This document shows positions 1-9,622 of a stretch of 20,000 nt of DNA, one piece after another (the first letter of the stretch is position 1; the number at the start of each line of letters is the position of its first letter). This stretch comes from an uncultured virus (IMG/VR IMGVR_UViG_3300006752_004376) (taxonomy: Duplodnaviria; Heunggongvirae; Uroviricota; Caudoviricetes): the IMG/VR virus record IMGVR_UViG_3300006752_004376; one strand, 5' to 3'. A model generated the notes under the pieces. That model had not been told where the DNA came from. It searched no databases and worked only from the letters and a program-made list of their open reading frames with translations. Position numbers and translations under genes: made by a program.

Positions 1-790
1 CAACATCATCAATGCTTATTTGAAATTTTACATGTTTAAAATTTGTATATAATTTCCACTGCTCATCTGTTGGATAATAAGTACCATTTGTGTTATATCT
101 AATAGTAATGTCACTACAATCTCTACTAGCTACTAATTTTTCAAGTAACTGAAAATGTTCTAGTACCATAAAAGGTTCACCACCCATAAAATGTAAATCT
201 CGTATTTCGTCTAACTGAGTTACATCATTCCAAAAATTAGGATCATCGACCCAGTTACATTGTTGTGTATAATTAAACGCAAATGAATCTTTAAATTTTA
301 TGTTTTTATTTTCTTTTAGAATATAGTGATCTTTTGTCCACGTACTGCTATTGTGTATTCCACATATTCTACATTTTAAATTACATCTATTTCCCGGTTT
401 AATTTCTAACCATTGTAATGATGCTTCTGGAGTATTGCCCATCATTACTGATTCAGTAAATGCTATAGACATGTCATTTGATGAATATCTACTACGTATA
501 CTGTATGGTGCATTCCAGCACACATTACATTTTGGATGTTGTTTGTTGTCTTTAAATGCTTGTACAAATTCTTGTCTTTCAGGATGATTGTATACTTTTT
601 CTATTGTATTGCCTGTAACATTAATATTATCAAAAGGGTCTCCCATACAACAAGGTCTTACTTGCCCATTTGCCTCAATTGCCATATGAATAAACGGTAA
701 TGCACAGAAATTGTTTCCAGGTTGAGCCATCCATTCTTTAACTTTCCGTTTTCTATCTTCTGTATTTTTATAATAATTAGAATCAGGCAT
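1..790 (-). CDS. Radical SAM protein with N-terminal twitch/SPASM-like domain (3'-truncated by window edge)
   Basis: Missing from the ORF track; translated by hand. ATG at 790 overlaps the upstream TGA (ATGCCTGA). Reads MPDSNYY...FCALPFIHMAIEANGQVRPCC...CNVCW...CNLKCRICG...FMGGEPF...YNTNGT...ISIDDV and stays open to the window edge. Confidence 0.92.
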   Translation of the reverse strand, partial: MPDSNYYKNTEDRKRKVKEWMAQPGNNFCALPFIHMAIEANGQVRPCCMGDPFDNINVTGNTIEKVYNHPERQEFVQAFKDNKQHPKCNVCWNAPYSIRSRYSSNDMSIAFTESVMMGNTPEASLQWLEIKPGNRCNLKCRICGIHNSSTWTKDHYILKENKNIKFKDSFAFNYTQQCNWVDDPNFWNDVTQLDEIRDLHFMGGEPFMVLEHFQLLEKLVASRDCSDITIRYNTNGTYYPTDEQWKLYTNFKHVKFQISIDDV

Positions 791-1505
791 TTATTTTCAA
801 CCACTCCTCTTCTTCAGCACTGTAATATTGACCAGCAAACTTTTCTGTTTCTTCATGTTTAGGATGTTGTCCTAACATACCGTCAGCATATGGTTTATTC
901 CAACCTGTACGATCCATATTAACACGTGGTCGAATTTTTCTTATAGTGTATTCAACACCACATTCTTTTAGTTCGTCTATAATTTCTTTCCATTGTGGTA
1001 AGTGCCCAGGCAATGCCATAATATGAACATGCATACCTTTATAGTCATCTTTAGCTCTATATTCTTGTATATCTTTCCACATGCCAGTTATATTATTAAT
1101 AACTTTCTCATGGTAAGCAAATTCAAAATGATAACTGATTACAACATAGTGTAAATATGGTAATGCTTTTTTATATATTTTAGGTGGAGGACTTCCGTTA
1201 GTAGTAACACTACAACGATATACACCATTCTCTTTAGCATATTTTAGCATATCAATAAATTTAGGATGTACAAACGGCTCGCCGCCGGTGAAACTAATTT
1301 TAATCTTTTTGCCATTAGCAGCTTCTACTATTTTATCTATAGTAGCAGTATATACTTCCCAAGGCATATGTTCACTTGTTTTGTTATGTAATTCATTTCC
1401 ACAATAGCTACAATTGTAATTGCAACGTTTTCCTAGATTCCATTCTACTCGTAATAACTCATCTTTAGGTGCATGATTATCTTCAATACCTACAAGTTTT
1501 CTCAT
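783..1505 (-). CDS. Radical SAM protein, core domain only (240 aa)
   Basis: CNYNCSYC motif, FTGGEPF, TTNGS. No auxiliary Cys cluster. ATGA overlap with the upstream gene. Confidence 0.9.
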   Translation of the reverse strand: MRKLVGIEDNHAPKDELLRVEWNLGKRCNYNCSYCGNELHNKTSEHMPWEVYTATIDKIVEAANGKKIKISFTGGEPFVHPKFIDMLKYAKENGVYRCSVTTNGSPPPKIYKKALPYLHYVVISYHFEFAYHEKVINNITGMWKDIQEYRAKDDYKGMHVHIMALPGHLPQWKEIIDELKECGVEYTIRKIRPRVNMDRTGWNKPYADGMLGQHPKHEETEKFAGQYYSAEEEEWLKINA

Positions 1506-2677
1506 TCAAAATGTTCCTTTAGTTCTGGTACTGCTTTTACTACACTGTCGCCTCGCATTTTATCTAAGTCATTTGTAAAATTAATAAAAGTTTCCCATAG
1601 TTCTGGGTTAAATGTTCTTTTCTTCATACTCTCAACTAGCTTATCAAAATCTTCAAATAGAGATAAATTTTTAATTGCTTTATCTCGTAAATCATCTGGT
1701 AAGTTTAAAGGGCTTAAATATGCAGGCTTGTTACAAATTGTAGTAAAGCTACTATTAGCACTTACTCTCTCGTATTTATCTTCCATTTCATGAAGGAAAA
1801 AATGCAAGTCAGGTAAATTAAAAACATTATAATTTTGTAATGTAACATTAAACATAATTTGTACATTTGGTAGTTTGTCATATTCTGACAACGTATATTC
1901 AAAATCTTCTAATTCGTATTTTCCACCTCTAATGTATCTATACAATTCACCAGTACCTTCTATACTGAAACATATACTAACACGCTTAAATTGTTTTAGC
2001 AATGATAAAATCTTTGGATTTTGTACTGTGCCATTAGTAGTATAAAATAATTCTACATCAGTCATATCTTCTTCAATTAACCATTGTAAAAATTGATTAT
2101 GATGTTTAGCCATCATAGGCTCTCCGCCTTTGAAGTCAATACGTTTTACATTTTTTAAATGGGGTAACATATTCCGTAAGTCTTCTAGCTTATATTGTTG
2201 TAAAGGAACAGCTCTCTCATTTTTCTCATAACGCTTATCTATTTTTGCTAAGGCTATTTCTTCATCAAACCAACTATTACTTGCCCAACTTCCACACATA
2301 CGACATTTTAAGTTACATACATTTGATAAGTTAATATCTGCTTGATAAAAGTTTGGGCTAGGAACGTTAAATGTTGTAGGTTTATTTCCATTTATAAAAT
2401 CTGCATCAGCTTTCATAAACTTTTTATTAAACCATAAACGTCTGCTTTGTCCTACTAAATCTTCTCTCTCCCAACAACTGTTGCAAGCACTAGGTTGCTC
2501 ACCTTTAAGAAACTGTTTTCTTAATTCTTGCATACGCTCACTATTATAGTTTTCCATAATAGTTTCATGTTGAGTATTAGGTAAACGTCCTTTGTTACTA
2601 AATTGACAGCAAGGTTTAATATCGCCATTAGCACTTAGCGTGATAGCGTTCCACGGCATATGACAAAATTTATCCAT
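1502..2677 (-). CDS. Radical SAM protein with N-terminal twitch/SPASM-like domain
   Basis: FCHMPW...GDIKPCC...CNSCW, then CNLKCRMC, KGGEP, TTNGT, SIEG...YIRG. Confidence 0.93.
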   Translation of the reverse strand: MDKFCHMPWNAITLSANGDIKPCCQFSNKGRLPNTQHETIMENYNSERMQELRKQFLKGEQPSACNSCWEREDLVGQSRRLWFNKKFMKADADFINGNKPTTFNVPSPNFYQADINLSNVCNLKCRMCGSWASNSWFDEEIALAKIDKRYEKNERAVPLQQYKLEDLRNMLPHLKNVKRIDFKGGEPMMAKHHNQFLQWLIEEDMTDVELFYTTNGTVQNPKILSLLKQFKRVSICFSIEGTGELYRYIRGGKYELEDFEYTLSEYDKLPNVQIMFNVTLQNYNVFNLPDLHFFLHEMEDKYERVSANSSFTTICNKPAYLSPLNLPDDLRDKAIKNLSLFEDFDKLVESMKKRTFNPELWETFINFTNDLDKMRGDSVVKAVPELKEHFE

Positions 2678-3233
2678 TTGGCCAATCCGTCTGTATAGGG
2701 TCTATACTTAATTCGTTAACATTTAAATGGTACGGCATATTAATTACATACTCAATCATATCTACTGCATCATTTAATAACATTACTTTTCTACCTGGGT
2801 GTTTATGTGCGTTATTTTCTAACGTACCAAACGAAATATAACTTACTTTAGGACCACCTGCCCAAATGCTTTTTAAACCTAATGCATTGCTTGTACTACG
2901 CAATGCTTTCTTTTCTTGCTGATAATGCCAATCGCTACCTTTGGTAGCTCTGTCAGTCGTACTTCCTAAACTAACAATATGTAGTCGTTTTAGGTTCTTT
3001 AAAGCATTTTTATAGACTGTATCTAGTATCAAAGTTTGATGATACTGCCATAGTGCAGAACAGTTAATAAAGACGTCATAATTAAGCGTCTTTTCTGCTA
3101 ATTTACGTTTATAGCTATCTTGACACAAATCGTAGCCCCAATCGGTTCTATTAACAAATGTTGTATCTGGCCAACGTTCTGCAATTGATGATGCAACGCC
3201 AAACTCTGGATTACCAGTTGCTATTATTTTCAT
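2670..3233 (-). CDS. Compact short-chain dehydrogenase/reductase (SDR)-like oxidoreductase
   Basis: N-terminal TGNPEFGVA (TGxxxGxG-like), DVFINCS (NNAG-like), IVSLGS (catalytic Ser region), YQQEK (YxxxK). Only 187 aa. Confidence 0.75.
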   Translation of the reverse strand: MKIIATGNPEFGVASSIAERWPDTTFVNRTDWGYDLCQDSYKRKLAEKTLNYDVFINCSALWQYHQTLILDTVYKNALKNLKRLHIVSLGSTTDRATKGSDWHYQQEKKALRSTSNALGLKSIWAGGPKVSYISFGTLENNAHKHPGRKVMLLNDAVDMIEYVINMPYHLNVNELSIDPIQTDWPNG

Positions 3234-3246
3234 TTATCTCACTTAC

Positions 3247-3912
3247 TTAAAATTTAATTTTATAGATATCTTCAAAAGCTGGTTTTGGATACGGACTAAT
3301 TCCATACGGATATGGAATCTCTCTTGGTTGATCGTTTCTAGGATCTATATACTTAGGCCATTTTGTATCTTGCCCAGTAACAGCATCTATTGTATTACGT
3401 CTACCTACGCCAATAAGCAAATCAGTTGAGCCGTTTGTTCCAAGTAATCTTGCTGTTCCGCTACGACTTCTAACACACTGGCATAAACCCGTGTCCCATC
3501 CTCTTGATGTTAAGCCATATAAGAATGACAATGCGGCCATACCAATTTCAATATTATCTGTATTAGCAATGCCATCTTCTACTCTTTTTTCTATAGTTTG
3601 ATACCTAGTTTCAGCTTCTACTACATCACGTTTACTAAAAACTAATAATGTAGGTGCTAATACTTGTGGGTTCCCTTTATCTTCATCAATGCCAAAGTCT
3701 GTATTTCTATGACATCCTATATGAAGGTCTTTACGTTGTTGATAATCAGTGTTTCTGATTACTTCTACAATGTAAGGAATCTTTCTATTTTTACTAGGGC
3801 AATATTTGTGAACTTCTTCACATACTTCCTGAATTACCTCTTTTGGGATTAATTCATCTGTCCAACTAAATGTTGTACTTCTGCTTGATATAATGTCTAT
3901 CCATTTTTCCAT
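3247..3912 (-). CDS. Nitroreductase-family flavoprotein
   Basis: N-terminal RSTTFSW (RxSxRxF-like), CPSKN (APS motif), APTLLVF, EIGMAA...GWDTGLC, LLIGVG. AGGAG RBS 6 nt upstream of the ATG. Confidence 0.75.
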   Translation of the reverse strand: MEKWIDIISSRSTTFSWTDELIPKEVIQEVCEEVHKYCPSKNRKIPYIVEVIRNTDYQQRKDLHIGCHRNTDFGIDEDKGNPQVLAPTLLVFSKRDVVEAETRYQTIEKRVEDGIANTDNIEIGMAALSFLYGLTSRGWDTGLCQCVRSRSGTARLLGTNGSTDLLIGVGRRNTIDAVTGQDTKWPKYIDPRNDQPREIPYPYGISPYPKPAFEDIYKIKF

Positions 3913-3918
3913 GACTAT

Positions 3919-3923
3919 CTCCT
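3919..3923 (-). promoter_or_regulatory. Shine-Dalgarno site AGGAG for the nitroreductase-like gene
   Basis: Minus strand reads TTAGGAGATAGTCATG; 6-nt spacer to the ATG at 3912. Confidence 0.8.
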
Positions 3924-3935
3924 AAGTTACATCAC

Positions 3936-3943
3936 TATTTATG
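3936..3943 (-). promoter_or_regulatory. Putative T4-like late promoter (CATAAATA)
   Basis: Lies in the 32-bp gap 3913-3944, upstream of the RBS. Matches T4 late consensus TATAAATA at 7/8. Confidence 0.6.
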
Positions 3944-3944
3944 G

Positions 3945-5168
3945 CTATACATAGCTTTTGAATTCTGGACATACATCTAGTAAATTCCCTTTTTGTAACT
4001 CGTCTGCTTTCATATTAAAATCAACAAATTCTTTCCAACGTTTTTCATGCCAATCTTCTGCCCACATATACTTAATTGTATCTGCTACTTTTGGTATGTC
4101 TAAATATGGCTGTAATCTCTTTTGTGCTAAATGTTTTAATGTTTCTGGAAGTACTCGTATATTCATACTTTCCGGGTGATTGAGAATATTTAAATATATA
4201 TCTTTGTTTGGAACTCCTTTATGTTCTGCCCAATCAAATAGTTCACTCATAGCACACATGTTTAATGCTTGTACTGTACAATGTATCTGTATATCAACAT
4301 TTGGCATGGCATTTAACTTATCAAAGTTTTCTTCTACTTTTGCCCAGCTACTAGGATAACGAATATACCTATCCCTTGCACCAGTTGCATCAATACTTGT
4401 ATTAAGTTGTACACCTTTAAAATGATGCCAATAGTCTACCATCTTTTGTGGAATGTTTGTAAGATTAGTATTGTATTTTAATTTAATATTACTAGCTAAT
4501 TCATTTTCAATACAATAATCAAATAATGCGTACTGTGAAGTTGCTAATGTTGGTTCACCTCCAGTTAAATATATTTCTTCAATAGTACTTGCTATTTCAA
4601 CAAAATTTAATCCAGTTTGTTTACGGTCTGGCCATTGTTGCATAATTTCCATATATTCAAAGTTTTCTTTACTTAATGGCTCATTGGGTGCAAGCTCTGC
4701 TGTATGAACAATTTGATTCCAATCTTTTACCCATTTACTAGAACTCCATGGATTACACATTCTACATTTTAAGTTACACAAATTACCTAATCGTAAATCA
4801 ACATAACGTATATCTAATGGTATTTGTTTTTCTACTTTAATATCATTCTTTAACCATTTTTCATTATATCCAATACGTGGACTACGAATACCTGCATCTT
4901 CTTCACGGAAGCATCTTTGACAAGTTTCTGGCCGTTTGCCATCAATAAATTCTTGTCGTATATCTTGCATCCATTTACTATTCCACATTTCATTAATGTC
5001 GTCTTTAAATATTCTATACGCTTTACCACTTCCGTCATCTTTTAATACTTTGTTGTTGGCAGGGTTACTATTACAACAAACACGAAAGCCGCCGCCAGGA
5101 TTAACTGCGGCATGCATAAATGGTAATACACAAAATGTATCGCTTGGTAATTTTTTACTCATCTTCAA
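3945..5168 (-). CDS. Radical SAM protein with N-terminal twitch/SPASM-like domain
   Basis: FCVLPF...GFRVCC...CQRCF, then CNLKCRMC, TGGEP, YNTNLT, SIDA...YIRYP. Alternative start at 5162. Confidence 0.93.
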   Translation of the reverse strand: MKMSKKLPSDTFCVLPFMHAAVNPGGGFRVCCNSNPANNKVLKDDGSGKAYRIFKDDINEMWNSKWMQDIRQEFIDGKRPETCQRCFREEDAGIRSPRIGYNEKWLKNDIKVEKQIPLDIRYVDLRLGNLCNLKCRMCNPWSSSKWVKDWNQIVHTAELAPNEPLSKENFEYMEIMQQWPDRKQTGLNFVEIASTIEEIYLTGGEPTLATSQYALFDYCIENELASNIKLKYNTNLTNIPQKMVDYWHHFKGVQLNTSIDATGARDRYIRYPSSWAKVEENFDKLNAMPNVDIQIHCTVQALNMCAMSELFDWAEHKGVPNKDIYLNILNHPESMNIRVLPETLKHLAQKRLQPYLDIPKVADTIKYMWAEDWHEKRWKEFVDFNMKADELQKGNLLDVCPEFKSYV

Positions 5169-6207
5169 AAAACTCCGGACAGGCTTGTTTAAAGTTTGAG
5201 CCTGATAGCTTATCCTTTAGAGCCATATGTTTTAATAATTCTTTATATTGTTCTTCATCGTATTTGTGTTCAGAAGTTATATTATATCTATCTCTTAGTT
5301 TAGCATTTAAACTAGCATATGTCAAATATTTTGGCCTATATATTTCCACACTATGACTAAACTCATACTTGTTTTTCTTTGCCCATTCTTCTGCTTCACT
5401 ATGCTGAGCAGCATTAACTGCCATTGGAAGGAAATTAATTTTTAATGTAAAGTTATCGTTATGTGTTTCAATTTTTTTAAATTGTTGTAAATTTTTCTCT
5501 ACTTCTTTCCAGTTTGCACCTGCTCTAATATATTCAAATCTATCATACAATCCATCAATACTTACTATGAATAAAACTCTTTTAAATGTTAGTAACATTT
5601 TAAGCATTTCTGCATCAACTGGAATTGTTCCATTTGTGATAATACTTAAACGCACTGCTGGAGATATTTCTTCGTCATATAATTTTTTAATAATCTTTCT
5701 TACATGTGGAATAAGGAATGGTTCGCCACCTGTAAATTTTAGATACTTTGTATCGTATAATTCTTCCATCATTAATGGCAATATATCCTTATGCCATCCA
5801 GTTTTCATTTGTGCTTCTTTTTTAACAACTCCTAGCCATTCTTCTTCTGGATTGTTATTGACCATTGTTTGCCATTTACTACTGCTTACAGGGTTACACA
5901 TAACACAAGTTAAGTTACAAGTATTGTGCAATTTTAAATCCCAATATTGAATTCCAGTCTTTCCTTCAAACCATCTGTTAGCATCCATACGTAAACTATT
6001 ACCTCCACGTTCTTCTTCTGCTTTACATTCATAACAATTAGGTAACCACTTAGTAAGACTTTCTTCATACAATTGGTCAAATTCTTCTCGCCAACCTACG
6101 TCATTATAACGTTTGTCTAAATCTTGATTCATGTACATACAACAAGGCCTGACGTTACCGACAGGACCTATTGTTACACCATTTTTAAACATCAAACATT
6201 TTGGCAT
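5155..6207 (-). CDS. Radical SAM protein with N-terminal twitch/SPASM-like domain
   Basis: KCLMF...GNVRPCC...CYECK, then CNLTCVMC, TGGEPF, ITNGT, SIDG...YIRAG. Confidence 0.92.
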   Translation of the reverse strand: MPKCLMFKNGVTIGPVGNVRPCCMYMNQDLDKRYNDVGWREEFDQLYEESLTKWLPNCYECKAEEERGGNSLRMDANRWFEGKTGIQYWDLKLHNTCNLTCVMCNPVSSSKWQTMVNNNPEEEWLGVVKKEAQMKTGWHKDILPLMMEELYDTKYLKFTGGEPFLIPHVRKIIKKLYDEEISPAVRLSIITNGTIPVDAEMLKMLLTFKRVLFIVSIDGLYDRFEYIRAGANWKEVEKNLQQFKKIETHNDNFTLKINFLPMAVNAAQHSEAEEWAKKNKYEFSHSVEIYRPKYLTYASLNAKLRDRYNITSEHKYDEEQYKELLKHMALKDKLSGSNFKQACPEFFEDE

Positions 6208-6958
6208 AATTTTTATTAATTTCTTCCCTTTGATAATCGCTTATATCACCATCTAGTATCATATGAAATCTAGGCATATTTGCCCTATTCCATACTGAAT
6301 GCTCGTACCCTGTATTAATTTTAAACATTGTACGATCTTTAAATGGCATTACTCCATAATCTTCCATAACTAATTTACAAGGCTCTGGATTATTAAGAGA
6401 AACATTTGTTGCTCCTAGTCCTATTTTGCTATCTACATCTTTATGTGGTGCTATCCAGCCTCCTGGTAATAATACTACAAAACGCACACGAGTATAACAG
6501 TCGTATAGTCCATTATTTTCCAACCAATTTTTAGTAATAGGACAGAACTTGGAAATGTCAGTCCAGTCACTTAATTGTCTTTCAGAGAAGTCTGGCAATG
6601 AATAATCATGTGGTACACCAGTGTGTACACTACTCATTCCATATAAACATAAACTCATCCAGCCTCCCGAGTCTCCTCCTCTGTGTGCTTTAAAGCATCC
6701 TGTTCTTAATAATTGTTGTGCTTCTGCTTTCATACTTGGTGCAGGAAATTCTCCTTTGCATCCAATTTGTACCCAGGGTACTTTAGTATTATCTCTTATG
6801 TAATCAATATCGTCATCTGAAGTTAATTGTACTTCATCGGCAAGAGATGGATTTTTATTAATTTCTTCATATACTGAAAAATGTTCTTCAGTACGTTCAT
6901 CTACTTTTTTATACATATGTATATTTCTGTATGTTTCTACAGCCTGCATCATATCCAT
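6185..6958 (-). CDS. Fe(II)/2-oxoglutarate oxygenase, aspartyl/asparaginyl beta-hydroxylase (LpxO-related) family
   Basis: RVRFVVLLPGGWIAPHKD (HxD), distal His in YEHSVWN, 2OG-binding Arg in PRFHMILD. Start may be 6952 (ATGA overlap). Confidence 0.85.
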   Translation of the reverse strand: MDMMQAVETYRNIHMYKKVDERTEEHFSVYEEINKNPSLADEVQLTSDDDIDYIRDNTKVPWVQIGCKGEFPAPSMKAEAQQLLRTGCFKAHRGGDSGGWMSLCLYGMSSVHTGVPHDYSLPDFSERQLSDWTDISKFCPITKNWLENNGLYDCYTRVRFVVLLPGGWIAPHKDVDSKIGLGATNVSLNNPEPCKLVMEDYGVMPFKDRTMFKINTGYEHSVWNRANMPRFHMILDGDISDYQREEINKNYAKMFDV

Positions 6959-8343
6959 TTTCTCCTATTCATATTTGTCATGTCATAATAATTTCCATTT
7001 AGATTACCATGGAAGTAAACTTTATTTGAAATATTTTGTACATCATTTATATACAAAATACTATTAAGCACAGTATTTAATTTTTTACTAAAATAATTAG
7101 CTTCATATAAAAATATATTACTGCACTGTAGTAACACATTTTTATTATGTGGTAGCATATTTACTATTGTTTTATAATCCTCTACTATATTTACTACTTT
7201 AAATTGATGCTCTAAATTTTGTATCTTACTCCATAATGTTAGCCATTCTTGTTCACTTTCAAAACTATCTATAAACTTTTCCCATGTACCATGTCCGTAA
7301 ATAATTGAACCTGTGTATTCTAACCTATGCTCGTTAGCTTTAAAAAAATCATGAAAGTTTTTTCCATCCCATTCGCGAATTAATATTTCTAACCATTTAA
7401 CTGCATATGGACTAAAGTCTGTCCATAAAATTAATTCCATAGTATCAATGCTAGATTGAATATATTTAAATTGATGTAATCCGCTACATGGACATACCAT
7501 TACTTGTATGTCATCAACAGTAGTGTCCGGAACACTTTCGGTATTTAGAATATATAAATTAGTTTGATCTTGTACCTTAAATTCAAATAACGGTTTTTTG
7601 TCTGGGTAGGTTTGCATCATATCATATATAGGTTGCATATTATTAAATTTTTTATCTATCTCGCCTTCTGTCCATTGAATATCATCTTCGGGATATATAC
7701 ATGCTTTACAATTTCTTATATTATAATCTAAGTTAAAAACTTTTAGTCCTGCATCTAGCGACGATCGTAATATATGATTGAATAAGTTATATGGTTTTTC
7801 TCCTTCAGTTTCTTGCCAACTACTATTTGGTATATAATTTTCTGATGCAGGTTGAATCCACTTAGGAGTATAATTATCATGTAAGTATTCAGAACTTGCT
7901 TCATACTCACGTATTTTACAGTATAAGATTTTTGTAAGTTTTTGCAAATTAATAATAACACACTGATGATGAAATATAGGATTCTGTCTTCCTGGTCTAT
8001 CTAAAATATGCCCGGCACAACCCCATTCTTCTTTATCCCATTCTTCTACTGATTTTAATATTTCTTTGTCAATATCTGAATCATCAGGCCAACTACCTTC
8101 GGCCCAAACAACTGCTACTTTATATCCAAAATGACGTAAATTAGAAAGTGTTTCATCGAGAGTATCTAAATCACAATCTACGACATAAGAACCTTCTGTA
8201 GAATTTTGAATGCCTATATTTGTCATAGTTTTTAAAATAGAAATATATTCATCAGATGCATTATTATTTAAATCTTCACAAATAACTTCTTCTAATGTTA
8301 TATGACATACTTGTCTATCTCTTATGGAAAGTTTTGGTATCAT
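6949..8343 (-). CDS. Uncharacterised two-domain protein, paralog of 8345..9622; possible C-terminal SAM-binding (class I transferase-like) domain
   Basis: 464-aa ORF abutting both neighbours. Shares ordered motifs with the adjacent gene: NTE, CSG, WTDF, WDG, SNIFLY. Fold assignment is inference. Confidence 0.6.
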   Translation of the reverse strand: MIPKLSIRDRQVCHITLEEVICEDLNNNASDEYISILKTMTNIGIQNSTEGSYVVDCDLDTLDETLSNLRHFGYKVAVVWAEGSWPDDSDIDKEILKSVEEWDKEEWGCAGHILDRPGRQNPIFHHQCVIINLQKLTKILYCKIREYEASSEYLHDNYTPKWIQPASENYIPNSSWQETEGEKPYNLFNHILRSSLDAGLKVFNLDYNIRNCKACIYPEDDIQWTEGEIDKKFNNMQPIYDMMQTYPDKKPLFEFKVQDQTNLYILNTESVPDTTVDDIQVMVCPCSGLHQFKYIQSSIDTMELILWTDFSPYAVKWLEILIREWDGKNFHDFFKANEHRLEYTGSIIYGHGTWEKFIDSFESEQEWLTLWSKIQNLEHQFKVVNIVEDYKTIVNMLPHNKNVLLQCSNIFLYEANYFSKKLNTVLNSILYINDVQNISNKVYFHGNLNGNYYDMTNMNRRKWI

Positions 8344-8344
8344 G

Positions 8345-9622
8345 TTATCCTATACTATCGTTAGTACTATATCCTAGTACACATTTAACATCACATGTTA
8401 AATTGTTATCATTTGGATCCGTTCCAAAAAACCAACAGTTATCTATTTGTTGTAATCTTACCATTAATTCAGCAAAACTACGCTCTAATGTAAATGGCTT
8501 GCTTATAGCCTTTAATAGTACATAACTGTATATGTTACTAGTCCAAAAAAATGTACTAGCATTGTTATCTAAAAGATCAGTTATTTTTTTGTGATTATGA
8601 ATAATATCAGCTTCAATAAATTCATGTTTACATAGTTTTATTTGCATCCAAAAATCTAGCCAACTATCCATTCCGTCGAACTGTTCTACTATATTTAGCC
8701 ACTGTTTGTGTACGTCTTTTAACAACATAGAGTTAGCATCTGGATTATCTTTGCAATACTGTTCTACAAACGCTGGATAGTCAAAACCGTCCCATTTTTC
8801 CACCATTAGACGCTTAAATTTAACGCTGTGTGCGTCGAAATCATACCAGACGAACTTTGTACTGTCTATATCAAAACCGTAGTTATATGCGTTATATAGC
8901 AGTTTAAAACCTGCGGTTGTACCTACATATTGTTTGAAAAATACACCCTTTAGACGCTCATTATAGTCCTTTTCTAGTGGTTCTGTGTTAACAAAATATA
9001 CTGGACTATTTGGTATATTTTTACGTTTAATTATAACTCTAGCACCCCATACAATGGTATCATCTGTATACTCTTTTCCCATTAATCCATCTAAGAAATT
9101 CTGAGGATCAGTTTGTGGAGCTCCAACTACAATATTCTTTTGTATTGTAGGGCTTAATTCTACTGTACAATCACCAAGCCAATTCTCTGCCCAAAACTGG
9201 TAGTTTCCAAAGTTAGGTGCTTTAGCTGGCCATGCAATAAATTCGTCTATGTTTAACAACATTAAACTATCTAATGTTTTTGGATGCACGGCTGTAATCC
9301 AGTCTTTCTTTTCTAAACGTTTTATGTAGTTTAATATTTTCTTTTCAATGCCTTCTGATTTAGGCCAACATCCATCAAACCAAAATGCAACATACTTATG
9401 CCCCATTTTTCTAACATGTTCGATCCAGTCAATACTAACAGTATTATATAGATTAACTATACTTGATGTCAAGTGATTATCACACTCTACTTGTTGTAAT
9501 AGTAATAATCTTTGTTTCAATTCTTCATAGCCTCGAAGATGTGTGTTTCTTGGTATAAAAACATTTACGACTTCACAATCACTTACATATTGATAATCCC
9601 AATTTTTTTGGCCTTTAATCAT
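8345..9622 (-). CDS. Uncharacterised two-domain protein, paralog of 6949..8343; possible C-terminal SAM-binding (class I transferase-like) domain
   Basis: 425-aa ORF with motifs NTE, TAG, WYDF, WDG, SNIYSY. 8-bp overlap with the upstream small ORF. Confidence 0.6.
   Translation of the reverse strand: MIKGQKNWDYQYVSDCEVVNVFIPRNTHLRGYEELKQRLLLLQQVECDNHLTSSIVNLYNTVSIDWIEHVRKMGHKYVAFWFDGCWPKSEGIEKKILNYIKRLEKKDWITAVHPKTLDSLMLLNIDEFIAWPAKAPNFGNYQFWAENWLGDCTVELSPTIQKNIVVGAPQTDPQNFLDGLMGKEYTDDTIVWGARVIIKRKNIPNSPVYFVNTEPLEKDYNERLKGVFFKQYVGTTAGFKLLYNAYNYGFDIDSTKFVWYDFDAHSVKFKRLMVEKWDGFDYPAFVEQYCKDNPDANSMLLKDVHKQWLNIVEQFDGMDSWLDFWMQIKLCKHEFIEADIIHNHKKITDLLDNNASTFFWTSNIYSYVLLKAISKPFTLERSFAELMVRLQQIDNCWFFGTDPNDNNLTCDVKCVLGYSTNDSIG

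Noticed and set aside
783..1505. Viperin, MoaA or QueE assignment
   Set aside because: Similarity is limited to generic radical SAM motifs; no MoaA C-terminal Cys motif or other diagnostic feature was recognised.
1773..1779. Intragenic ATAAATA copies (here and 17714-17720)
   Set aside because: Expected by chance in AT-rich DNA and far from start codons.
2303..4778. Repeated ACATTTTAAGTTACA (2303-2317, 4764-4778; variants near 371 and 10637)
   Set aside because: Explained by the conserved CNLKC codons of paralogs; not a CRISPR, DGR or recombination repeat.
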